Source: Candidatus Sericytochromatia bacterium
GTDB lineage: Bacteria; Cyanobacteriota; Sericytochromatia; S15B-MN24; JAQBPE01
Assembly (NCBI GenBank): GCA_035285125.1
Contig: JAYKHR010000045.1
Location: 110,412 to 174,411, forward strand
Length of the DNA stretch: 64,000 bases
Direction: 5' to 3'
Of this stretch, positions 9,198 through 17,225 are shown piece after piece; positions within the stretch are counted from its first letter, which is position 1; the number at the start of each line of letters is the position of its first letter. Both the position numbers and the translations under genes were made by a program. Below the pieces are notes generated by a model. The model made no database searches. It worked only from the letters and a program-made list of their open reading frames with translations, and was not told where the DNA came from.

Positions 9198-11655
9198 ATG
9201 AGACGCCACGCTGACTACGTCGACCTGGCCTTCGGGATGTTTGCGGAATCCGCGCGACGCGGGGTCCTGTTTCACACGGCCGAGGATGAGGTCCTCGACG
9301 GGCGCTGCATCACCGTGACCGGCCAGAAATGGCTCAACTTCGCATCCTGCTCCTACCTGGGGCTGGAGCTCGATGAGCGCCTGAAGGCTGGCGCCATCGA
9401 GGCGGTGAGCCGCTACGGCACCCAGTTCTCCGCCTCACGCGCCGCGGTCTCCGCACCTCCGTACAAGGAGCTGGAGGCGCTGCTGGAAGCCGTGTTCGAC
9501 GCCATCCCCCTGCCCACGCCCACCACGTCGCTCGGCCACATCGCAGCCTTGCCGGCGCTGGTCGAGGACACGGATCTGATGGTGCTCGACCAACAGGTGC
9601 ACGCGAGCGTGATGAACGCGGCGAACCTGGCGCGGGTGCACGGGGCCGGCCTGGAGGTGATCCGTCACAACAACCTCGCCCAGCTGGAGGACATCCTGGT
9701 GCGTGAACGCGGTCGTCGCCGCCACATCTGGTACCTGGCGGATGGCGTCTACAGCATGTACGGAGACTTTGCGCCGATCGAGGCGCTGATGAAGCTGCTC
9801 GGGCAGCACGAGCAGCTCCACCTGTACGTCGACGACGCCCACGCCATGAGCTGGTGCGGCCAGCACGGGCGCGGCTTCGTGCTCGGCAACACGCCGTTGC
9901 ACCCCAGGATGGTGGTGGCGACCTCCCTGAACAAGGCCTTTGCCTGCGCGGGTGGCGTGCTCCTCTTGCCAGACCCGAAGCTGCGCGCCAGGGTGCGCAT
10001 GGGCGGTGGACCGTTGATTTTCTCGGGGCCCCTCCAACCTCCCATGCTCGGGGCCGCCGTGGCCGCGGCCAGGCTCCACTTGTCCCCCGAGTTTCCAGCC
10101 CTCCAGCACGAGCTGCTGGAGCGCATCCGACACTGCAACCGGGTCTGCAACGCACTCGGGCTGCCCCTGGTGTCCCAGGACGAGAGCCCCGTCCGCTTCA
10201 TCGCCACAGGCCTGCCGCAGGTCAGCTACGACATGGTCGAGCGGTTGCAGCGGGAGGGCTTTTACCTGACTGTCGCGGTCTTCCCCTTGGTCCCGATGAA
10301 GCGGGCGGGACTGCGCCTCACGCTGACCCGGCACCTGAGCCTCGACGACATCAGCCGGCTGGCAGAGGCGGTGGCCCACCACCTGCCGTTGGCCCTGCAG
10401 CAAGCAGGTTCTTCCTTGGAAGAGGTCCGGGCCGCGTTTCAACTCGGGGAGGCAGAGCACCCGCAAGCCGTCGCGAGGCCCACACCGACGCACCTGCGGC
10501 TCGAGAAGGTCACCTCCATCGCCCGGCTCGATGCCGAGGAGTGGGACGCGCTGCTGGGGAATCGCGGCACCTTCGGCGCGGAGGCCCTGGCCCTCCTGGA
10601 AGCCACCTTTGAGGGGCAAGCCCACCCCGAAAACAACTGGCGGTTCCTGTATTACCTCGTGCGAGATGGCGCGGGGAAGGCCGTTGCCGCCACGTTCTTC
10701 ACCGAGACCCTCTGGAAGGACGACATGATCGCCTCTCCCGACGTGTCGAGGCTCGCCGAGCAGCGGCGCCGGAAGGACCCCACCTTTTTGACCTCACGCA
10801 CCCTGGCGATGGGATCGCTGCTGACCGAAGGGGACCACCTCTACCTGGACCGCACGGGCGACTGGCGAGAGGCGCTCCGGCTGATCCTTCGCGACGTCGC
10901 AGAGGAACAATCCCACGGCGCCCGGGTGCTGGTGCTGCGAGACCTCGACGCAGAGGATCCCGAGTTGGACGCCTACCTGTTGTCCCAAGGCTTCGCCCGC
11001 TACCTGATGCCCGAAACGATGGTGCTCGACCTGGCGCCGGATTACAGGCTCGACGACTACATGGCGCGCCTCACGCGGCGGTCGCGCCGCTTCCTCAAGC
11101 AAGAGGTGTTGCCCAGGACCTCGCAGCTCAAGGTTCGCCTGGCTGGGGGCGAGGCGCCGGCGCTGAGCCAGGACGAGTTGCGCTACCTTCACCGCCTGTA
11201 TGCCAACGTTCAGGCTCGCAGCTTCGAACTCAACACCTTCACGCTCCCCCTGGCACTTTTCGAGCGGATGAACGGGAGGCAGGCCTGGGAATTCCTGCTG
11301 CTCCACGTTCCCCCTGAAGCTGGGGGGGCCTGCAGACGGGCAGCCCGTGGCTTTCTTGGCCGCGCACCGGGGGCCGGGCCCCTACGTCCCGCTCCTGGTG
11401 GGGCTGGATTACCGCTACGTCGAGTCTCACGGGGTCTACCGGCAGGCGATCTGGGCCGCCATCGGACGGGCTCGCGCGGTGGGGGCCACGCGCGTGTGCT
11501 TCGGGATGGGGGCGGCCCTCGAAAAGCATCGTTTCGGGGCAACGGGAAGCCGCCACGCCATTTACTTCCAGGTCGCCGACACCTACAACTTCGAGGTCCT
11601 GCTCCAACTGATGGGCGAGGTGGGCCGGAGCCCCGCCCCGCTCGGCCAGCCCTGA
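9198..11655 (+). CDS. Fusion protein: PLP-dependent alpha-oxoamine synthase (BioF/Kbl/Spt family) plus a C-terminal FemAB/GNAT-fold (BioF2-like) acyltransferase domain. Frameshifted as assembled at the G7 tract 11322-11328
   Basis: N-terminal half: NFASCSYLGLELDERL, YVDDAHAMSW and the PLP-lysine context VVATSLNKAFACAGGVL. C-terminal half: ARLDAEEWDALL...FLYYLVRDGAGKAVAATFF...LLHVPPEAGG in frame 3. It continues in frame 1 as PADGQPVAFLAAHRGPGPYVPLLVGLDYRYVESHGVYRQAIWAAIGRARAVGATRVCFGMGAALEKHRFGA, with TGA at 11653-11655. The frame-3 tail to 12002 is Arg/Gly/Pro junk that overlaps the convergent gene. Confidence 0.8.
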
Positions 11656-11659
11656 GCGC

Positions 11660-12838
11660 TCACCGCGGAATCCGCGTGGCGAGCTGGCCGAGCACCCGGG
11701 AGGCCCCCGCCGCGAGCGCGGCGAGCCCGGCAAGCATTGCCGCCACAGGCCGCGGTGCAGCCTGCGGCGCCAGGCTGGCGGGCCCCGCCGTGGCCTCGGG
11801 CGGCGGTGCCGCAAGGGCCGGCTCCTCCCCCGCCTGGGGCGGCTCCCCGGGCAGCGGCGGCGGCGCGGCCGGCAGCCCCCCCGGATGCGCGGGCGTCGCG
11901 GGGGCCGCCAGCACCGCCTGGTGGAGGTCCCGCGTCAGGCCCGCGATGCGCGCCCAGGTGTTCCCCCCGGGCGCCTCCCGCGTGAGCACGGCGAGCACGT
12001 AGCTGCGCCCGGCCACCTCGATGATGGCGACGTCGTGCGTGACCTCGGAGGTCTCGCCCGTCTTGTGGTAGACGCGGGCGTCGCGGGGCAGCCCGGCCGG
12101 GATCTTGTCATGGTCGAGCTGGCGGCCGAGGATCGCCTTCATGCGCGCGCTGGCCGCGGGCGAGACGAGGGTGCCAGCCTGAAGCCGCACCAGCATCGTT
12201 GCCATGTCGAGGGCCGTCGTGCGGTTGCGCCCGCCCGGCGAGGCGTCGTCTCGCACGGTGTTGCCGGCGCTGAGCTTGCGGGCCAGGACCGTCGCCGGCG
12301 CCCCCCAGCGGCTGAAGCCCGCGGCCAGGGCCGTGCGGTCGAGGCCATCGAGCAGGGTGTTGGTCGCCACGTTGTCGCTGCGGGTGATCAGCACGTCTTG
12401 CAGCGTGGCGAGCGACACCCGCGTGCCGGGCCGCAGGTGCGGACGCGCGTCGCCCGGCGGCGACCACGTGCCCGTCATGTTGGCGGCCTTCACCGCGACG
12501 GAGGCCGCGGGGTCGAGGCGGCCGGCCTCGATGGCCTCCTGCACGGCCGCGAGCAGCGGCAGCTTGATCACGCTCGCCGCCGGGAAGGCCACCTGGCCGT
12601 GGCGCATCGCCAGCCGGTTGGTGGCGGGCTCGACCAGCACGATGCCTGCCGCCGACAGCCCCCAGCGCCTCGCCGCGGCATCGAGCGCGGCCTGCAAGGC
12701 GGCATCGGGCCTCGCCGGGAGCGAGGCGACAGGGGCCGGCGCGGGCGCGGCGGGCACGGCGTCGCCCTGGCGCGGCGGGGGGGGCGGCGCCAGCTCGGAT
12801 CGCCGGGGGACGGGCTGCAGGGGGGAGACTGCGGGCAT
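11660..12838 (-). CDS. Class A beta-lactamase-fold serine hydrolase with a Pro/Ala-rich C-terminal extension and a hydrophobic tail
   Basis: SxxK (AASVIKLPLL), SDN (TRSDNVATN) and KTG (YHKTGETS) motifs occur in the canonical order. I prefer the ATG at 12838 (MPAVSPLQP...); the ORF runs up to 12967. C-terminus ...PRPVAAMLAGLAALAAGASRVLGQL. Confidence 0.8.
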   Translation of the reverse strand: MPAVSPLQPVPRRSELAPPPPPRQGDAVPAAPAPAPVASLPARPDAALQAALDAAARRWGLSAAGIVLVEPATNRLAMRHGQVAFPAASVIKLPLLAAVQEAIEAGRLDPAASVAVKAANMTGTWSPPGDARPHLRPGTRVSLATLQDVLITRSDNVATNTLLDGLDRTALAAGFSRWGAPATVLARKLSAGNTVRDDASPGGRNRTTALDMATMLVRLQAGTLVSPAASARMKAILGRQLDHDKIPAGLPRDARVYHKTGETSEVTHDVAIIEVAGRSYVLAVLTREAPGGNTWARIAGLTRDLHQAVLAAPATPAHPGGLPAAPPPLPGEPPQAGEEPALAAPPPEATAGPASLAPQAAPRPVAAMLAGLAALAAGASRVLGQLATRIPR

Positions 12839-13108
12839 TGGATCACGACCTCCTGGCTGCCTTGTCCTGGGCCCTGGTTCCAATCCGGTTTCAGCGGCGG
12901 CCTGGCGGGCGCCTGCCCGCCCCCGCCAGGCCAGCCCCCCACCAGTCTTGATCAGGCCTCGCAGCAACGATCTCGGGGCTTATGAAAAATTTTTCGCCCG
13001 CGGGACGAAAGGTCCGGGCGGCTCGGGCCTACAATTAAAGGAAAGTTAAGTCTTGATTCAGGAAATTTAAAGTCGCCCCGCGACCTTTCACAGGAGCTCT
13101 TCCAACTC

Positions 13109-13654
13109 ATGCGCACCCTACTTCCCTTGCTCTCCCCCACCCTCGCGGTGCTCGTGCTCGCCGCCGCGACCGGCTGCGCCACCGGCGCCGGCCCCGTCCG
13201 GGTGGCCCCCGTCCAGGCGTCCGCGGCGCTGGAGGCCGAGCGCGCCTACTCGATCGAGACCCTGCTGGGCATCGGCCCCGTCTATGGCAAGAAGCTGCGC
13301 GAGGCCGGCATCACCAGCACCGCCAAGCTGGTGACGGCCACCGGCACGCGCTACAAGCGGCAGACGCTCGCCGCGAAGGCGGACATCCCCTACAAGCTCG
13401 TGCTCGCCTGGTCGCAGAAGGTCGCCCTGATGGAGCTGCCCGGCGTCGGCCCGCGCCAGAGCAACCTGCTCGCCGCCGTCGGCGTCGAGTCGGTCCAGGA
13501 GCTCGCCCGCCGCGACCCCGCCAACCTGCACGAGCGGCTGGCCATCGCCAACACCTTCAAGCCCCGCTTCGTGGACGGCACGCCGTCGCTCGCGACCGTG
13601 ACGAGGTGGGTGGAGGGGGCGCGTCGCCTGGCCGCCCGGACCGACGCCGAGTAA
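13109..13654 (+). CDS. DUF4332-like (helix-hairpin-helix type) lipoprotein
   Basis: 181 aa. Signal plus lipobox LAAATGC. LLGIGPVYGKKLREAGITSTAKL and LMELPGVGPRQSNLLAAVGVESVQELARRDPANLHERL match the DUF4332 pattern as I know it. Confidence 0.75.
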   Translation: MRTLLPLLSPTLAVLVLAAATGCATGAGPVRVAPVQASAALEAERAYSIETLLGIGPVYGKKLREAGITSTAKLVTATGTRYKRQTLAAKADIPYKLVLAWSQKVALMELPGVGPRQSNLLAAVGVESVQELARRDPANLHERLAIANTFKPRFVDGTPSLATVTRWVEGARRLAARTDAE

Positions 13655-13673
13655 CGCGCTCCGCGCCCTCCAA

Positions 13674-13705
13674 GGCTCCGTCCCCCCGGGGGCGGGGCCT
13701 TTTTG
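13674..13705 (+). terminator. Rho-independent terminator candidate after the DUF4332 gene
   Basis: GC-rich imperfect hairpin ggctccgtcccccc/ggggcggggcc followed by TTTTT (13700-13704), 20 nt after the TAA stop. Confidence 0.6.
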
Positions 13706-13791
13706 CCGGGCCCGGCGCGGGACGCGAGCGGCCTGCTGGGGTATGAGACCACCAGGCGGGCCGGGCCGCTCGCCGGGTCGGAGAGCCGTCG

Positions 13792-15132
13792 ATGTTCCCT
13801 CTTCAGCGTTCCTGGTTCCACGCCCCGCTCGCCACCGTGGTGGTGCTGGCGGCCTGCACGGCGGCCCCGCCGACCACCTCCGAGGGCGCCGGCAAGGCAG
13901 GGACCAGCCGGCCTCAGAAGAAGGCGACGCCCGCCGCGTCGCTGACCGCGTCGCCGCCGGGCACACCCAAGCCGTCCCTCACGCCTGCCAGCGCCTCACC
14001 TCCGGCCTCGGCCTCGCCACCGGGCACCCCGAAGCCCTCAGCCAGCGGCCTCACCACGCCCACCCCAACCCCCAGCGCCAGCGGGACCGCCCCCGTCACC
14101 CCCGCGGCCAGCGCCAGCCCTGCCTCGACGCCCGTCCCCTCCAACCTGCCGTCCCCCGGCAACGCCACCGTCGGCACGTTTGCCGGCACCGGGGCCGTGG
14201 GGATGGTCAACGGCGCCGCCAACGGCACGGCCACCTTCAAGGAGCCCAAGGGGCTCGCCCTGGGTCCCGACGGGGCGGTGTACGTCGCCGACACGGGCAA
14301 CCACATGGTCCGCAAGGTCAAGGACGGGCAGGTGACGACGGTGCTGGGAGACGGCACCTTCACGACGCCCAACGACGCGGCGCGCCTGCGCAGCCCCGAG
14401 GACGTGGCCGTGGGACGCGACGGCGTCGTGTACATCAGCGACACCGCCAACCACCGCATCCGCAAGCACAAGCCAGGGACGGTGGACACCGCCGGCAAGC
14501 CCATCACGGACTGGATCATCGGGAACGGCGGCCAGGGCTTCGCAGACGGCGAGGCCGACACCGCCGAGGTCAACGGCCCCTCGGGCATCGCCCTCACGGC
14601 CGACCAGACCAAGCTGTGGGTGGTGGACTCCGGCAACAACACGATCCGGCTTGTCACGCTGGCGACCCGCGCGGTGGTGACGGTGGCGGGCAAGGCGGGC
14701 GTGCTGGGCAACGCCGACGGCACGGGCGAGACGGCCCGCTTCAGCGTTCCGAAGGGGTGCTTCGCCGTGGGCAACGACACGCTCTACGTCGCGGACTCGG
14801 GCAACGAGAAGATCCGCAAGGTGGTGCTCGCGGGGAATCAGGGCACCGTGACCACGGTGGATTTCCCCGGGCTCTTCGCGCCAGCGGACGTGTTGCTCTT
14901 CGGCCCCTACCTGTTCGTGTCGGATGAGGTGCTGCGCACCGTCGAGCGCAAAGAGGAGGCCTCGGGCACCAAGGAGGTGCTCGCACGGTCTACAACAGAG
15001 GGCTTCGTCGATGGCGACGCGCTCACCACCGCGCAGTTCCGCAGCCTGGCCGACCTGCTCGTGATGCCGACGGGCGAGATCCTCGTCGCCGACTACGGCA
15101 ACAACCGCATCCGCAAGATCACGCAGAAGTGA
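13792..15132 (+). CDS. NHL-repeat beta-propeller lipoprotein with a Pro/Ser/Thr/Ala-rich linker
   Basis: 446 aa. Lipobox VVLAAC. About 100 aa of P/S/T/A-rich linker. Repeated NHL blades: GLALGPDGAVYVADTGNHMVRKV, VAVGRDGVVYISDTANHRIRK, IALTADQTKLWVVDSGNNTIRLV, NDTLYVADSGNEKIRKV, GEILVADYGNNRIRKI. Confidence 0.85.
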   Translation: MFPLQRSWFHAPLATVVVLAACTAAPPTTSEGAGKAGTSRPQKKATPAASLTASPPGTPKPSLTPASASPPASASPPGTPKPSASGLTTPTPTPSASGTAPVTPAASASPASTPVPSNLPSPGNATVGTFAGTGAVGMVNGAANGTATFKEPKGLALGPDGAVYVADTGNHMVRKVKDGQVTTVLGDGTFTTPNDAARLRSPEDVAVGRDGVVYISDTANHRIRKHKPGTVDTAGKPITDWIIGNGGQGFADGEADTAEVNGPSGIALTADQTKLWVVDSGNNTIRLVTLATRAVVTVAGKAGVLGNADGTGETARFSVPKGCFAVGNDTLYVADSGNEKIRKVVLAGNQGTVTTVDFPGLFAPADVLLFGPYLFVSDEVLRTVERKEEASGTKEVLARSTTEGFVDGDALTTAQFRSLADLLVMPTGEILVADYGNNRIRKITQK

Positions 15133-15156
15133 CGGGCCGTCAGCGAACGGCCCGTC
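15131..15156. terminator. Hairpin at the junction of convergent genes (possible bidirectional terminator; no U-tract)
   Basis: 9-bp perfect stem gacgggccg (15131-15139) / cggcccgtc (15148-15156) with 8-nt loop tcagcgaa. It overlaps both stop codons (TGA 15130-15132, TCA 15140-15142). Confidence 0.35.
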
Positions 15157-16390
15157 GCTCGCTCTCCGCGACCACCAGGATGTCGAGGGGAAACATTCCT
15201 GCGCCCCACTCGCGCAGCAGCTTGCCCTTGCCCCTGGGATCGAGCTCGAGCACGCGGTTGGTGGCGTTGGCCACGACGTAGAGCAGGCCCGTGTCGGGGT
15301 CCTGCGCCACCATGGCCGGAGAGACCTTGGCCGGCAGCAGCGCGCGCACCTTGCCCGTCGCAAGCTCCACCTTGACCACCTCGGGCGGCTCGTCGTAGAA
15401 GCTCGGGGCGTACAGCCACTTGCCGTCACGCTTGTCCACCACCGCGTTGTGGGGGCCCTCCCCCACCACCAGGGTGCGGGCGATCTGCCGCTTGGCCACG
15501 TCAATCTCGACCACCTTGTTGGTCGAGCGGTAGGCCGCGTACATGAAGCGGCCGTCCCGGCTGAAGTCGACCTTGTAGGGCATCGTGAGCGGCACGATGA
15601 GCCGCCCGAGCTCGCGGCGCCCGTCGGCCGTGTGGAAGGTGATGCCGCTGGCCCGGTTGCCCGGCGGCGAGTCGTGGTCGAAGCGCGTGACGGGCACGGT
15701 ACCGTTGCCCGTCGCCCCCTCCATCGGCAGCCCCGACTTGCCGCGCCGCCGGTGCAGCACGACGAGCTCCTTGCCGTCGGGCGTGTAGTTCAGGCTGGAC
15801 ACCTGGGTGTCGAAGGGGAACGGGGCGACCTCCAGGCGTTCGAGGTGCTGCCCCGTGCGCGCGTCGACGCGCACCACCCCCGGCGGGCTGAACGGCACCG
15901 TCCAGAGCGACCGCCCGTCGCGGGTGTAGAGGGCCTGGGCCGAGAGGCGGCCCAGGTTCGCCTGCCCGTGGCACTCGTGACAGCTGGTCTTGCCGGCGAA
16001 TTTGGCAGGCCCCAGGGCCTCATGGGGAGGAATCTTCGGGATGGGGGCCACCAGCATGTGGCGCTTGAACTCGCCGGTGCGGCCATCGAAGAACGACACG
16101 CTCTCCGAGCCCGTGTTCATGACCACGACCTCACGCCCATCTGGCGAGCGGGACCAGTTGTGCGGCAGGGCCCCCGTCGCCACCTTGCGGACCCGGTTGC
16201 GCGCCGGCTCGATGATGGTGACGGTGCCCTCGAAGACGTTGGAGACGAAGACCAAGGGGCCCCGCAGGTCCGGCGCGGCCGGCCTGGCATGCCCCGCGGG
16301 CGCCGGGCTCAAAAAGCCGAGCGTGAGGGCTGCAAGCCCCCACGCCCACGCCTTCCGAAGCCTGTCAGAGGTCAGGGTTCGAGGTGCCAA
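15140..16390 (-). CDS. Secreted YVTN/lactonase-type beta-propeller protein carrying a single CXXCH haem-c motif
   Basis: 416 aa. N-terminal signal AWAWGLAALTLGFLSPAPAGHA. Blade-like repeats VFVSNVFEGTVTIIEP, SPDGREVVVMNTGSESVSFFD, YTPDGKELVVL, FSRDGRFMYAAYRSTNKVVEIDV, DPDTGLLYVVANATNRVLELD. Motif SCHECHG is encoded at 15968-15982. Confidence 0.75.
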   Translation of the reverse strand: MAPRTLTSDRLRKAWAWGLAALTLGFLSPAPAGHARPAAPDLRGPLVFVSNVFEGTVTIIEPARNRVRKVATGALPHNWSRSPDGREVVVMNTGSESVSFFDGRTGEFKRHMLVAPIPKIPPHEALGPAKFAGKTSCHECHGQANLGRLSAQALYTRDGRSLWTVPFSPPGVVRVDARTGQHLERLEVAPFPFDTQVSSLNYTPDGKELVVLHRRRGKSGLPMEGATGNGTVPVTRFDHDSPPGNRASGITFHTADGRRELGRLIVPLTMPYKVDFSRDGRFMYAAYRSTNKVVEIDVAKRQIARTLVVGEGPHNAVVDKRDGKWLYAPSFYDEPPEVVKVELATGKVRALLPAKVSPAMVAQDPDTGLLYVVANATNRVLELDPRGKGKLLREWGAGMFPLDILVVAESERRAVR

Positions 16391-16403
16391 GGTGGATGTC
16401 CCG

Positions 16404-17156
16404 TCACTTCTCCACGACGGCGATGAACCTCTTGAGCGTCATCGTGAAGTTCTCGCCGGGGGCCAGGTCCCTGATGCCCGCGGCAGGCTCATCGACCCAT
16501 CGGAGCAGCGGCCGGCCCGAGTCGTCCGTGCCCACGAGGTTCTTGAGTTCGAAGGTGACCTTCGGCGGCGGCTCGACGGTGGGCTGGGCCGTCAGGTTGC
16601 GCGGGACGAATCGCTGGCTGAAGGCCCGGTTGGCGTAGTCGAGCGAGACGTCGCCGCTATAGTTCTCGGGGCTGGCGCCACCGCGCCGGAAGATGTAGTC
16701 CATCTTCCACTTGGTCACCATGCCGGACCCGGCGAGCTGGTTGAAGTCGGGCTCGTTGCTCGCGACCGTGAAGCGGACCACGGCGTCCGTGGCGATGATG
16801 ATGTCGCCCGTGACGTAGCCGCTGCTGATGCCGAACATGCGGGCCCGGTGACCGACGGCGTCACCCTGCCGGATGGTGTACTTGAAGGCGCCGTTGTTGG
16901 TGGTGGTGGTAGAGGTCCGGCCGTCGTACGAGGACCGGTAGTGCAGCACCGTGATGCCAGGGAAGCCCTTGGCGCCCAGGTTCGAGTCACTCGAACCCTC
17001 GTAGAGCCGGTTGGAGATGTTGGCCGGCGGCGGCGGGGGGGGCGGGTTGCGGCCCGTGCCCATGCCGGCCTCGGCCGGGATGGCGGGGAGCAGGGTGGAG
17101 CCGACGAGGGTGGCGCAAGCCAGCACGAGGGTGCGGCGGTTGAACATCTGAAGCAT
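16404..17156 (-). CDS. Secreted hypothetical protein (250 aa) with a poly-Pro stretch after the signal peptide
   Basis: ATG at 17156 is preceded by AAGGAAG. MLQMFNRRTLVLACATLVGSTLLPAIPAEA signal. Protein-like composition. I recognise no family. Sits 13 nt upstream of the beta-propeller gene. Confidence 0.6.
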   Translation of the reverse strand: MLQMFNRRTLVLACATLVGSTLLPAIPAEAGMGTGRNPPPPPPPANISNRLYEGSSDSNLGAKGFPGITVLHYRSSYDGRTSTTTTNNGAFKYTIRQGDAVGHRARMFGISSGYVTGDIIIATDAVVRFTVASNEPDFNQLAGSGMVTKWKMDYIFRRGGASPENYSGDVSLDYANRAFSQRFVPRNLTAQPTVEPPPKVTFELKNLVGTDDSGRPLLRWVDEPAAGIRDLAPGENFTMTLKRFIAVVEK

Positions 17157-17225
17157 GGAATCTTCCTTTCGACTTGAATCAGGCAAGCTCTGCAGCTGTC
17201 GGACGAACGAGAGGGGCGGGCCGCC

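Noticed and set aside
11330-12002. The C-terminal 225 codons of the 934-aa ORF 9198..12002
   Set aside because: Arg/Gly/Pro/Ala junk that overlaps the convergent serine-hydrolase gene by ~340 nt. The homologous continuation of the protein is in frame 1 and ends at 11655.
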